From: Anolis carolinensis
Taxonomy: Eukaryota
Length of the DNA: 64,000 bases
Direction: 5' to 3'
Assembly (NCBI RefSeq): GCF_035594765.1
Contig: NC_085844.1
Location: forward strand, 94,565,923 to 94,629,922
Positions 1-13,041 of the stretch are shown here, piece by piece (position 1 is the first letter of the stretch; every line of letters starts with the position of its first letter). Under the pieces are notes generated by a model that was not told where the DNA came from, did no database searches, and saw only the letters and a list, made by a program, of their open reading frames with translations. A program made the translations under genes and the position numbers.

Positions 1-44
1 TAAAGCAGAAAACCTGGGATCAGATCCTGGAATATAGGTGTGTC

Positions 45-236
45 TGGAAGATTCCACTTGAACATTACGAAGAACTTCCTGACTGTAATTGCTTTTCAAC
101 AATGGAACTCACTGACTCGGAGTGTGGTGGAAGCTCCTTCTTTGGAGGCTTTTAAACAGAGTCTGGATGGCCATCCATCAGGGGTTGGACTAGGTGACCC
201 ATGTGATCTCTTCCAACGCTATGATTCTATTATTCT
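45..236 (+). mobile_element. CR1 LINE 3' end (5'-truncated)
   Basis: Encodes CR1 ORF2 C-terminus (RFHLNITKNFLTV...WNSL...EAPSLEAFKQSLDGH) and ends in CR1-type ctatgattctattattct tail. Confidence 0.9.
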
Positions 237-1827
237 GTTTGAGATTTTGTAAAGAGCAAGTACAGGAAAGATGCCTTGATTCCCACATTAATGGAGCATA
301 AATCCAATAACAAACTAACTAATGAATAAATATAATAAATAAAAAATATAGAACTTAAACCTCATTTTAGGGTGTTTACAACATATCATGTACATCATCT
401 CAATAATCATTATAACAATGTTCCAGGGCCAGCTCAAGTCATTTTTGTTTTGCTTGGAGGCAATGAAATATACTGCAGTGGGACTGGAATCAGCAATAGC
501 AGTCAGTTTCTTCTACTGTCCTGCAGTCTGCAGGTTAGTTTAGTGTGACAAATGAAGATCTATTACCCAAGGAAAGGGAATGGCCACAGGATTTGGGAAG
601 ATTCAGTGCTCTCTCTATCTCTCATCCCCAAGCATAGTAGTCTCACTGTGTCTAATGGTGGACTATAAAGCGGGTCAGTATGATTATCCTAGACTAGGAC
701 ATCTAAGGCCACCTAGTTAATTTACAGTGATGGTTAAAATCAAATTTGGCCTTACCTGGCTTCCAAATGCATGGGTAAACCAGACAACTCAGAGGCTACA
801 GAGGTCTACAGGGTGTTATTGCCCAGTCCATGCTGGCACATGCTGCAGGAACTCCACAATATAATTTGGACCACCAGTGAGCTGCTGGTTTGACATAGCA
901 ATTATTTCCACTCCCAGCATAACCCTGATTACACATAACTGCCCTGAAAGAGGAAAGCACGGCAGCAATTGTGTTCGACAATGCTGTACTGTCTTTTGTG
1001 TGTGTGTTTACACTAATTACAATTTCCCTTTCATACATTTCCTCATTTACAACTTGCTTCATTGATCCCACTCAGCCAGCTCACATCCTTTATACAAAGA
1101 GAAAACAAAAGGGAAATGTATTTTTGTTGTTGTTTTAAAAGAGGAGCCTGCGGTTAAACACACTGAGGAATAATTTCACATTCATTTCATAGCATCATTG
1201 CACTGACACATACCATTGACAATTAACAACAACAACAAAACTCTTAACACTATATAATGTTGATATTTTGCCGATGCTTACTTTTCTGCAGAGCTTTGAC
1301 ATATAAATCTTGCGTTCATGCTTTGTGAATCTTTCTTGGCAGTATTCTCACAAGGGCCCCCTTCTTAAGTTCTATCATTCTAGGTTGCCTGAAGAAACTG
1401 CTGAAAATTCAATTTTGATGTCTCTGAGAACTGTGCGCTTTTGAAACCAGCACACTTTTCATAAACAGAAATAAAAGTGGAAATGTGTGCTGGGGACATT
1501 TTGAAAGTGCATTCCAAACAAATACAGTTTTGCTTATATCAAACAGTGTGTACAAAGAAAATGGGACTGTCACCAAAAGTCTTGGTGCCATTACAATGGG
1601 CATCCCTTGCCCTGCTCCAAAGAAATTGGCTGTTGATGGTGGAAAAACACACATCAGGTCATGGAAAGGAATGTTTTACATGACAGAGATTAACATAGTA
1701 TCACTCAGTGTTTACTTGACATTCTTTGTTATGTGAGGGAAGGAATTATCCAATCCAGGTTCTGACAAGTTGTTTTTTTTAAAAATGTAGATACAATTGT
1801 AACTGAAAAGCTGCTCCAAAGTATGTA

Positions 1828-2153
1828 AAAGGTAAAGGTTTCCCCTGACATTAAGTCCAGTCATGTCTGACTTGAGGTTTGTGCTCATCTCCATCTCTAA
1901 GACAAAGAGCCGGCGTTATCCATAGACATCTCCAGGTCATGTGGCCGACATGACTGCATGGAGCACCGTTACCTTCCCGCTGGAGCGGTACCTATTGATC
2001 TATTCACATTTGCATGTTTTCGAACTGCTAGGTTGGCAGGAGCTGGGGCTAACAGCAGGCGCTCATTCTGCTCCCGGGATTTGAACCTGGGACCTTTTGG
2101 TCCGCAAGTTCAGCAGCTCAGTGCTTTAACACACTTCACCACTGGGGCTCCTA
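1828..2153 (-). mobile_element. Sauria SINE, full length
   Basis: tRNA-like head with B box (GGTTCAAATCC on minus), Sauria body, (ACCTTT)n tail; 12-bp TSD ccaaagtatgta at 1816-1827 and 2154-2165. Confidence 0.93.
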
Positions 2154-2189
2154 CCAAAGTATGTAGTTATCCTGATATCTTTGTATTTG

Positions 2190-2869
2190 TAAACGGCACA
2201 GGTCCAGGCTACTTGACTGATAGCATCTCCTCTTGCAAAGCAGCCTGGGCACTGCGGTCAGTGGAGGAGGCTCTGCTCTTGGTCTCACCCACATCTCAAG
2301 TACAGCTAGTGGGAACAAGAGTGAGAGTCTTCTCCGTGGCCACCCACCTCTGGAACTCCCTTCCTAAAGAAATAAGGCTGGCCACCTCCCTCCTCTCCTT
2401 AAAAAATAACTTAAGGCCTACTTCTACTCATTAGCACATGGAGAGGAGAAGGATTAATTAATCAGAGACCACTTCCAGAAACCGATTGAGAACTATGCTC
2501 TATCTATGTTCTGTTAATCTATGTCAGTCCATTTACCACCATAGGCCACATAATCCAACCCACACAACTCTGTTGAACTTCAGTTGGTGTTTGTAAATTA
2601 CCGTGAATGTTTATTTAGATTTTATGTCACTATATAATTCTTGCCTTATTCTGTCCAACCATATTGGTTTAGGTTATTGATGTTATATTCAATGCACTGA
2701 TATTAGGTTTAATTTGATGTTAAATTTTTAGTGCTGTATTCATATGTGGGGTCTTGTTGGGATTTTATGCCAATATTTATCTGTTTTGTGAAGGCATTGA
2801 ATGTATTCCATTGTTTGTTGGAATCAGCCCTGAGTCCCTTCGGAGAGATAGGCCAGAATAGAAATAAAG

Positions 2870-2904
<35 letters not shown>

Positions 2905-2915
2905 ATTATTATTAT
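2190..2915 (+). mobile_element. L2 LINE 3' fragment with (GTT)n(ATT)n tail
   Basis: GPGYL...LRSVEEALL...VGTRVRVFSVA..LWNSLPKEIR is the L2 ORF2 C-terminus; terminal gccctgagtccc..ggagagataggc stem followed by a microsatellite tail. Confidence 0.85.
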
Positions 2916-3340
2916 TTCATTTCACAAAATCACAAGTCGAACACTTCCCAAGTGTCTAGGACTGTGTGATGTATTTTCGGATGATGCGTGCAGATCCTAG
3001 TAGGGTGGCCTTTTGCAGCTGGCAGATCATAATTTTGTCAATGTCTATTGTTTCCAAATGCCGGCTCAGATCTTTTGGCACGGCACCCAGTATGCCCATC
3101 ACCACCGGGACCACCTGCACTGGTTTCTGCCAGAGTCTTTGAAGTTCAGTCTTGAGGTCCTGATAGTGGCTGAGTTTTTCCTGTTGTTTTTCGTCAATGC
3201 GACTGACACCTGGGATAGCAACATCAATGATCCAAACCTTTTTCTTTTCCACAACTGTGATGTCTGGTGTGTTGTGTTCCAGAACTTTGTCAGTCTGGAT
3301 TCAGAAGTTCCACAGTATCTTTGTGTGCTAATTTTCCAAT
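2916..3340 (-). mobile_element. R4/Dong-clade LINE 3' fragment (restriction-like endonuclease C-terminus)
   Basis: ORF 2956-3252 KKVWIIDVAIPG..RIDEKQQEKLSHYQDL...VVPVVMG..GAVPK..QKATLLGSARIIRK is the RLE domain of R4-type LINEs; flanked by (TAA)n on both sides. Confidence 0.85.
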
Positions 3341-3342
3341 AC

Positions 3343-3378
<36 letters not shown>

Positions 3379-3569
3379 GACACAGCAAACAAGATAGACA
3401 TGCTGGATTTTGTATATTATTTTATTATGACACAGCAAACAAGATCGACATGCTGGATTTCATATCACAAAATCACAAGTCGAACACTTCCCAAGTGTCT
3501 AGGACTGTGTGATGTATTTTCGGATGATGCGCGCAGATCCCAGCAGGGTGGCCTTTTGCAGCTGGCAGA
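3379..3569 (-). mobile_element. Additional R4/Dong-clade LINE 3' ends (37-bp stub 3379-3415 plus a copy from 3429 into the gap)
   Basis: Repeats acaaaatcacaagtcgaacacttcccaagtgtctagg of the 2916 copy; terminus gacacagcaaacaagat occurs twice, separated by a TTA-rich spacer. Confidence 0.85.
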
Positions 3570-3705
3570 NNNNNNNNNNNNNNNNNNNNNNNNNNNNNNN
3601 NNNNNNNNNNNNNNNNNNNNNNNNNNNNNNNNNNNNNNNNNNNNNNNNNNNNNNNNNNNNNNNNNNNNNNNNNNNNNNNNNNNNNNNNNNNNNNNNNNNN
3701 NNNNN
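3570..3705. other. Assembly gap (N run)
   Basis: 136 N bases. Confidence 1.
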
Positions 3706-4459
3706 ATATATTCAAATGCATAACATGGGCCTACTGTATTTACAGGGGTTCATTTCTTAGACTCACTGCAGCTATTTAGTAATATGGAGTGAGGCAATCC
3801 ACAATAATTGGAAATCTTGGATACAGGACCCATAGTATGCATTTTTTAAAAAGTTGTTTTCTTAAAAGTAGCAACCATAAGTATTTTATTTTTTTTAAAA
3901 AAAACCCCATATCTTAATGTCACATTCCCCTGGACAATGTTGCAAAACATATTTTTCTGTTATCTGTTTTATCATCACATCAACACACATAACAGGCAAG
4001 AAAAGGGATCATGAAGTAAGCATCAACCTATAATGTGATGTTCTTCTTCCACCCATCACTAAGGTCATATCCCTGTATTTTAAAAAGCAATTAAATATTA
4101 AAGTTACACAAAACTTAGACATTTTTTTTTAATTTGCACCCTCCAGAATTGTCTAGACAACATGTGGACCATGAGGCTGGTATGGGGATTACTGGAGTTA
4201 TAGTTCAAAGAAATAACTTTCTGAAGCTCTCTAGATACAGATCAAAGGTACACTGGTTACTCTGCAATGCTAATATAATGTAATTTTACTTTTTTGTATC
4301 CTGTTACTTCCAAGTTAAACACAACTCACCTCAGGTGAGAAGGTCACAGGGTTGGGTGACTGAGGTCTTGTATCATTATCTACATGTGTAGAGCCCTATC
4401 TTGGGCTTTCTATCTTCAGCTTTTTGAAAATAAGCTGGTATGGTAAAATGTTAACTTAT

Positions 4460-4825
4460 GACTGCATCACACAGGTAAATTAATCCGTCCTATGATACTT
4501 TCACCTCAGTTCAGGGACGGAGTCCACCATATCCCATCAAACGACATACATCTACTTCCAATGGGGCTCCATTCCTGAACTTAGGTGAAAGTATTGTAAG
4601 AGGGAGCAAGGAGAACACAGGAGGCTTCCTGTGTTCTTGTTTCTACAATGGGACAAGTGTGGGGGAAAGCCAGGTGGTGACATTTCTCCTTGTGGGATAG
4701 GGAATGGGAGATGTAGGAAATATGGGGCACGGAGTGACAGATTCACTAAGTTGCCCACCAGATTCACCATGATGCATGGTGAATCCCTCCACTATTGCCT
4801 GCTATTTGAACCTCAATGGGATGTG
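4460..4825. mobile_element. Old non-autonomous DNA transposon (Harbinger-like), homologous to 13042-13393 and 33770-34088
   Basis: Shared blocks catcacacaggtaaat, acata.atctacttc, attgtaagagggagcaa.gagaacacaggag and tggtgaatccc with the 13 kb copy. Confidence 0.6.
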
Positions 4826-5230
4826 GTTCTTTATTAAATTAAATAAGCAAACCTGGAAGGGATCATTCTTGACTAGACAGGAGCCTCCCTCACCTAGGGA
4901 ACAATGTGCAAACAGCACGATCTCCATATCTGCAGAGAAAATTCCTAGATAGGTATTTTCTCTTGTTATTTGCTGTCCTACAACATGACTCTATGTTAAT
5001 GCCTGGTAGAAACCATTTATTTCAATAGAGGTTGCTATTATCTATGATTTCATTTTTCCACAGCAAGATCAGGAATGCATACTCTGCAGAAATAGGGCTC
5101 ATATGGTATACAAATTGCTTTCTGTATGAGGGAAGCATGTGACTGGCCAAGAATTTTCTCTTACTGGCCTAAAACCACGTGGGTATGGGTCTGTATCTGT
5201 GGTGCAAAAGGCAACCACTAGTTGTGAATA

Positions 5231-5538
5231 CAGTAGAGTCTCACTTATCCAACGTTCTGGATTATCCAACACATTTTTGTAGTCAATGTTTTCAATACAT
5301 AGTGATATTTTGGTGCTAAATTCATAAATACAGTAATTACTACTTAGCATTACTGCATATTGAACTACTTTTTCTGTCAAATTTGTTGTATACCATGATG
5401 TTTTGGTGCTTCATTTGTAAAACCATAACCTAATTTGATGTTTAATAGGCTTTTCCTTAATCCCTCCTTATTATCCAACATATTCACTTATCCAACATTC
5501 TGCTGGTCCGTTTATGTTGGATAAGTGAGACTCTACTG
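5231..5538. mobile_element. Tc1/mariner-superfamily MITE (TIR cagtagagtctcacttatccaac)
   Basis: Perfect TIRs, TA target duplication, six near-identical copies in the window. Confidence 0.92.
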
Positions 5539-7185
5539 TAGTAAGAAAAAATGCCATATCCCTATAGTTTAAAGAAAAATATTCCTGGGGAAGCATTTCC
5601 CAGAATGGTTTGGTAATGTGGTTGTAAACTAATATAGCAATCCCTATACATGTTTACTTGAAAGTTAACCCACCTGTATAAACTAAACTGAAAGTCCCAA
5701 ATCCACCACAATTAGTGTTGTGACACCCACTGTGTGATCTACTTTTGCAAATCTTCTCATTGTAGCTCAGCCTACGATATGTAAATATTGTATATTGCAT
5801 TTGTGGCATTGTTTTATTCTGCACATGTTATTAGCATTTTTCGCTCATTTGAAATGAGAGCAATTTATAAATACTCCCTAGATAAGTAAGTAAAATCAAT
5901 AAGCTCCATATTTACGTAAATTATAAAGTGGTGATCTAAGTGTAATGCCTGTCTTCATAAAAAGCTATCCACAATATTTGCTAGTGTGATTGTTTTGCAT
6001 TTTAAAAAATCTATTGTTAAAATAATTACAGTATAATGGCAGCTTGTTTTCTATGACAGGCTATATCTTTATGCTCTCCATATGCAGGCTTTATGGTAAT
6101 GCAGGCTTTCATAGTAAATAAAAGACCGAAACAGCAAGTGGCAGTGGACACAGACTATTGAAATAAATGGCTTCAAGGTGGTTTCTCTGTTGTCTGTAAA
6201 ACAACACATGGATCTTGAGCCTTCAAGGAATCTCAGTTATTCAGTGGTTAAAATAAGAGATTAACCGCCTGATTTTAATGGGTTATCACCTTTCCCATTT
6301 GGCTACCCCTCTGTTTGTCTTGCTCCGTGTGCTCTGTTAAACAAGGGAAAGTGTTGTGACCCATAATTGTGGGCAGATTCACAGCAGGTTTTTGAGGAGT
6401 TTTCTGCACCATAGTGTTCAAGCCGCCTCCATCTGCTGTAGGCTTGTGTGCTTCCCACAGGGGAAGCTGGCTAATTTTTCAGTCAATTAGCAGAAGGGTT
6501 GCTTTTGTTCTCCAAGTGCCCCCCTTGGGCTCCTCTTACACCCCAGTCTCCACGTTCAGATGTTGGCAGTTTTGAAACAGCATATCATGTTATTTTTCTC
6601 TGCTGACCTTTGTGACATTGTTAGCCAAATGTGATCGCATGTAATCATAGCTGCTTGCATTAAAACCATACAGTGGAGGATGTATTGACTTTTTGAAGAA
6701 CCAGAGATCGAGGAATAAAATATTATAATTACATGTACGTGGCCACTGTTGTTTTTAATTAATTCCGATGTATTGCAAAACCTGAGTGAGTTTTTTTAAA
6801 GTATGAAATTTAAGAACCCAGGAAACAATTATTTTAAAGCTACTTCTCATATACTGAATTTCAACAAGAAATATTAACCTGTGTTGTGATGAAGTACTCA
6901 AACATTGCATAAATAAAAATATAGTTCAAAACAAAAGTGAAAAGCAAAGCTATATTCATCTCAGCAGAATGTTCACATTATATATCTTCCAGATATTTCC
7001 AGGTTTGCCATTCCAAAATTTGAAATATTCCAAAATCCAAAATTGTCCATATGTGAGGTTGAGATAGTGACATTTTTGCTTTCTGGTGGTTGAATGTACA
7101 CAAACTTGGTTTCATGCACAAAAGTACAATATTATGTTTAAAATTCCTTTCAGGTTCTGTGTATAATATGTACGTGAAACATAAA

Positions 7186-7646
7186 TTTATTTATTTATTT
7201 ACAGTATTTATATCCCGCCCTTCTCACCTCGACGGTGACTCAGGGCGGATCACATTGTACACAGATAGGGCAAACATTCAATGCCCATAAACACATCAAA
7301 CAGAGACCGAGACAGACAGACGCAGAGGCAATTTAACCTTCTCCTGAGGGGATGTTCGATTCTGGCCACAGGGGGGGGAACAGTTGCTTCATCATCCACT
7401 CTGACGGCACTTCCTCATTCCAGGTTGTAAATTAGTTAACTTTGCCTCCCCACCTTTTTTTAATAAGTGGTACCTTATTTCCTACTTGATAGATGCAACT
7501 ATCTTTCGGGTTGCTAGGTCAGCAAGGAGCAGGGCTATTTTTTATTTTTAATTGACGGGTGCTCATCCCGCTACGGGCTGGCCTCGAACTCATGACCTCA
7601 TGGTCAGAGTGATTTATTGCAGCTGCTCAACAGCCTGTGCTACAGC
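7186..7646 (-). mobile_element. tRNA-derived SINE with L2-type 3' tail, inserted in a Tigger-like MITE relic (~7005-7745)
   Basis: Minus strand: gctgtagcacagg head, B box GAGTTCGAGGCC, 3' end ccgccctgagtc...gggcgggatataaatactgt(aaat)n matches the L2 tails in this window. Confidence 0.75.
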
Positions 7647-9930
7647 ACAGATAATAAGATAAGATATCTTATTATGTATATGCAGATATTCCAAAATACA
7701 GAATACTTCTGTTCCCAAGCATTTTGGATAAGGGGTACTTAAATATATATTGTTATATTTATTGTTAAAAACTGTAATTCATATGTGCGTGCACGCGTAC
7801 TTACATCTAAACCTCCATACATGTGTCTGACTATCTGTTTGATATTAGTTAAATCAAGGCTCAACCCAGGCTATTTCACATTAATTTAATGAAATATTTT
7901 CCATTTCGAAACATCAGTGTTTATTTATTTAAACTGTCTGCTGAGTTATCTTCATTTGCCTTTTGTGATGTCATCAAGTGGCCAATTCTAATTGGATAGC
8001 AGACTCTGTGAGGTCAGGCAAGGGATCACTGATGTGACTAAGTCAAAAGAAAAAGCCTTCAGGGTGAAAAAGTGTGTGCATGCACACGTGCAGATATTTG
8101 CTACAACTCTGATGTTTATGAATTTTAATTGATAATGCAATGTGAATTTTGGCACATAACAACATTTGATATGGTGGAGCTGCAAAGGAACACTATAAGA
8201 GATCCACAGTCATGCCAGTTCTTTTCTCCTGATACTGGGGAGCACAATACCTTCTGTTTACAGAATAGTGCTCCCCTCCTCTCAAATATAAAATTGCCCA
8301 GGCATCTGCTTAAGTGTCTCCAGTCTTCTGAATATGTTGAACCTGAATTCATATCAAATCAATGACTGACTACCACAGGGGACAGTACTTTGCCTTAAGA
8401 GCAAATGGTTTCACCACCTTCATTTTCTGATTCCAATGTCACCTATTTATTATGAGTGATTCCTGTCTCTGATGCAAATACTCTGCAACACATTGAAGTG
8501 ATAGCTCCCCCATCTCTTTCCAATGTCATTCTGTTCCTTCTCCTGTTCAGTATCAAGTGAGCTTGGCTCTCTGTAACCTTCCATCCACCCAGCCTCTTGG
8601 CTATACCTTTCTATAGTTAATAAATATCCCTTTTCCACAGTGTTCAGCAATAAAATATTCACTGGGTCTGAGCTGGGGTTAACAGATTTCTGAAAATTTT
8701 ATTGCATGACAGCCTGTCCTGCATAATCCCCTCAGCTGTCTCATGTTCTGGGGCAGAAACGATCTTATATGTCACTCTAATAGTCTAGAATTACACTTGT
8801 ATCTCTGTCACCAGCATATGGGGCTGTGTATACCCCTAGGCCCAGCTCCCTCTCTTTCACGGCCTTTAAAATGATAACATTTGGCAAAGCCAGTTTTGAC
8901 AGAAAGTGAACTCTCCTTTCTGCATTTGTGACAAAGCCAGCCACCAGAGGCCTGGCACAGAGCAGCCAATCATCATACTCTTTACCGGATAATGATAGCG
9001 GGTTTCACTCATCTTAATAACCCGCCTCTGTGCAACGGGAGATGGGAGTGCAGGTCTTCACTTAATTATACAGTCCTCATCTTAAGTGCTTTATTCATGG
9101 GAGGCTTTCAGCTGGGTAGGTCTTGCCAGAGTTTGCTCTTCTCTTCTCTCCCCCCTCACAACAAAGTGTATTGATTGTTGGAAGTCACTGGGGGCAAGAA
9201 GGCCTCCGAGAAAATAACACAACCGGAGAGCAAGTTGACTTGTCCACATTGAATAAGGGGTGGCATGGGGGAAATACAGAGGCTTGCCTGACAGTCCAAG
9301 ACAATATTATCAACAGAGAACTGGCTTCTTCACAATCTTAGGATTGACATTGATATTTTTGTAAGGCAAATTATTTAGAAAATCAAAGGCTTTGCCTCAT
9401 ACCACTTGCCTTTTGGATTTGCCAGAGTCATCAGGGTGGGCAGTGAGTAGGACTTCTAGTACTCATCCTCTAAAATTGCTTGACTGTGGAAAGCTGAATT
9501 TTTTCTCCTTGTCTTTCATTGACATTGAGGTGCCAGGATTTAGCACGGATTCCATAATATTTAATCTCAAAGGTATTTTTTCTTTTAGACTTGTGATTTG
9601 TTTGTGTGGGGCTACAGCCAGGACACGGCTAGATTTAATGTCAGGGGAAAACCTTTACCTTTACTACAGCCAGTCCTACACATTCACTGGGGTTAAGATG
9701 TGGGACCCACACAAAAATATGGGGGGGGGGGGAGGAAATGCATTAATAATGAATAATATTTTTAACCTGAGTCAATACTGAGAGAGAACATATTAAGTTT
9801 GCAAATAATCAAAACCAAAAATTTGCAAATGTGGAGAGCCAATGGTACTTTAAATAGCCACTTTGAGTTTCCTTGTGGAGAGAAAAGGTGGGATATAAGT
9901 AAACGTAACAACAACAAACAACAACAACAG

Positions 9931-10870
9931 AACATCCGACAGGCTCCTACCCTGCTGGGATTCAGAAGGGCCGTGAAAACATGGTTATGTGCCCAAGCTT
10001 TTGATGAGTAAATGACAAAGTTGACATGGCCTGATTTAAGGATGAAGCATGAGGATCTCAGACGAATGGAATTAATTATATATACGTTTATTTGTTTTTT
10101 TATTAATAAATTTTTATTTTTAAAAAAACAATTGACACAACAACAACATCAACAAAACAAGACAGAAACAAAAACAACAACAAAAAAGCCCCAAAAACCC
10201 ATAGAACATAAACCCGTCTCTGAGATTACACAGAAAGAAAGTAGGTAGGGACCGGGAAAAGGATGATACAAACACTGTTTGGGATGGGATTAGGGTGGGG
10301 AAAGAGACATCAACTCCAATCAAATAGGGAAATTTGCTTAGAGTGAAAGGACGATCCAACCTAAGGTATATTTACCCTACCCCCGACAGAGGAAAAGAAA
10401 AGAAGAAGAAAAAAAAGGGGGCAGAGGAAAATAATAATAATAATAATGATAAAAATGACTTCCATCTATTGTATGATGTTGTGGATAATGTTCTTTGATT
10501 ATGTTTCCGTCTCCTATCTTGTTTTTCTTGAAAATTGTTTCGGCCACCTGCACAGCTTTGTCTGAGGCATTTTTTTTCTCAGTCCTTGATTATCATATGA
10601 TTATTTTGCAATTTTCTTTTTTTAGATAGTTTTTAATTTGTTCCCAATTTGTTTGGTTTTTTGGTTTACCTTGGTTTTATTATATATACGTTTTAAGGTT
10701 TTTATAATGTGTTTTAACAATGCTTTTAATGGATTTGTTTATATTGTTTTGTTTTTATGATTGCATTTTGGGCATTAAATTTTGCCAATTTTTGTAAGCC
10801 GCCCTGAGTCCCCTCGGGTGAGAAGGGCGGGGTATAAATGTTGTAAATAAATAAACAAATAAATAAACAA
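9931..10870 (+). mobile_element. L2 LINE 3' end, interrupted by an L1 fragment
   Basis: IRQAPTLLGFRRAVKTWL (L2 ORF2 end) on the left; L2 tail gtaagccgccctgagtcccctcgggtgagaagggcggggtataaat(aaat)n on the right. Confidence 0.85.
10090..10678 (-). mobile_element. 5'-truncated L1 LINE (last codons of ORF2 plus 3' UTR)
   Basis: Minus strand GKPKNQTNWEQIKNYLKK then T-rich UTR and AATAAA/A-rich end; 15-bp TSD attatatatacgttt at 10075-10089 and 10679-10693. Confidence 0.7.
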
Positions 10871-11097
10871 CAACAATTCTGTTTTTGGAAGAATACAAGA
10901 TTGTATGTCACTTTGTATGATTCCTGATCAGAAAAGCAATGTATACATATGAATACACATAAGTATAGAACTCATTCTGGCTAAAAGAAAATCCACCAGA
11001 GAAAATTGAACCATGCTGAAATTTTTCCAGGGTTCCATGTTCTAGAATTAATAAAGAGAGAATGTGACAAATGTATCCATCCTTATTCTGAAGAGGG

Positions 11098-11388
11098 TTT
11101 TTTTCCTGCCCTGGATATGAGGATGTGGAACAACGGTTTCAAACTACAGGGAAGGAGATTTCACCTGAACATTAGGAAGAACTTCCTAACTGTGAGGGCT
11201 GTTCACCAGTGGAATTATCTGCCCCAGAGTGTGGTGGAGTCTCCTTCTTTGGAGGCTTTTAAGCAGAGGCTGGATGGCTATCTGTTGGGGGTACTTTGAA
11301 TGTGATTTTCCTGCTTCTTGGCAGGGGGTTGGACTGGATGGCCCACGAGGTCTCTTCCAACTCTATGATTCTATGATTCTATTATTCT
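11098..11388 (+). mobile_element. CR1 LINE 3' end
   Basis: NNGFKLQGRRFHLNIRKNFLTVRAVHQWN...SPSLEAFKQRLDG; (ctatgatt)n tail. Confidence 0.92.
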
Positions 11389-11846
11389 AAGGTTGAATTG
11401 AGAAGAGATTCCTTGGTTGTCATGTACTCATAACCTCCAACCATGCCAAATTGGCAAGGACAGTCCAAATTAATCCTTTGTCATTGCACTTTTCCAGCTG
11501 ATTCAAAATGTCCCAGCTGTTCTTTCCTTCTCCTGCTTTCCACCTTTGGTCTCAATTTATCTCATTTGCTGCAGATTAAGTTTAAAATGCAAAAATACCT
11601 TGCACTTAATTATCTCGGCTGGGGGAAAGGAGATGACAAATTTTGCCCTTCTAAGTAGGCTTAGGCAAGAATAAATTGTTACAGCCTCTCATAGACAGTG
11701 TGTTTTTACCAGGTTGTTCAGATCAAATGAATTCTACGATGACCTGATGTACCAGTTTCTGAGCTGTGTTTTAATGAATGATTATTTCATCCGCTTCACT
11801 ATGAGGAATACAACAGGATGAAGGCTGGACCAATGACATCATTGTT

Positions 11847-12097
11847 CAGGCCTGTAACCAGGATTTTGATTCCAGGGTGGGGGGTGAGTCTGAGTGAGAG
11901 AGGATCTACCCTAGCAAACGTTTTGTATCATTATCCCAATACCCCCATGCATATGGGATATATTAAGCATGGTGATCAGATCATGATATGAATAAGGATG
12001 CCACCATGACACGTACCAGTAAGGCCTTCTTGTGGACCACCCTGAAAATTTTGGGAGAGGGGCTGGAAGCCTCACATCTTTACTTGCACCAGGCCTT
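11847..12097. mobile_element. Non-autonomous hAT-like element
   Basis: Imperfect termini caggcctgtaaccagg ... caccaggcct; no clean TSD. Confidence 0.5.
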
Positions 12098-13041
12098 AAT
12101 TAAAAAATTTAAAATGTTATTATACACTAGAAGTTTTGGACCATTAGAGAGCAGAAGTTGGACCTCAGAATCTATTTTAGATTCTGAAATCTTTTATGGG
12201 GTTGTAGGGAATAGCATACGTTTATTCCAAAATCTGCTCAAAGGTATCATCTCTTATTTGCATAGAAATGCTGAAAGTTAAGCCTTACTACATTATAAAT
12301 GACAATGATCATGAGGAAGGATAATGATACTGGTATTCAAAGGTCAACTAATGGGCCTATAACTCCTCTCTTTCTCATTATTGCAGGTGGATAGCATTTT
12401 TGCCCTTCCTTAGGATGCTAGAAAGTCACCCAACATGAAGGATTTCTCATAGAGCACTGGTAGGTCTGAATTCTTTTCAAGGGATGGTGCTTAAGAAGAG
12501 GGGGGTTGTCATACTTCAGAGTTCACAGTGCTGTAATGAAGTTAAGGTATGGGATGATAAACTGCTTATTACACATGACAAAATCCATCAAATCTTTCCT
12601 GTGGCTTTAAATTGTATCCTGATTATTGTTTAAGTTGCAAGATTTTGGCAGTACCACATTTTGGCTTCATTTATACCAGGCAAAATCATTGTAGTAGTGT
12701 GGTTTTGAGATGTACTATACATTATGCGAAGTTGATATATTTAGTCAGAGAAGCACCCTGAAGACATTTTGCAATTCAGATGGTCAACCAGAGAGTCACC
12801 CCCAATATTTTGCCAGCCAGAAACAGCTCCACACATAGTCTTACTGGCAATGTCAGTACTGGTGAGGTCACAACAGGACACCAGATCACCAGATGCAATA
12901 TCTCCAGCAAAGCTCTCTGGGGAGCTGCCTTTGACTGATGATTTTTTTTTTTGCATGTGGACACTGGATCACCATTGATCCAGTCTGATCTGGCTGCCCA
13001 CATATTTAAAACACTGGGTGGGGGAGCTGGAGCTTCTTATA

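Noticed and set aside
3013-3760. 236-aa and neighbouring ORFs
   Set aside because: Artefacts of antisense R4 sequence, (TAT)n and the N gap
12387-12460. Exon-like segment with good acceptor (ttgcag) and donor (gtaggt)
   Set aside because: All three frames contain stops; at most a non-coding exon, unsupported without RNA data
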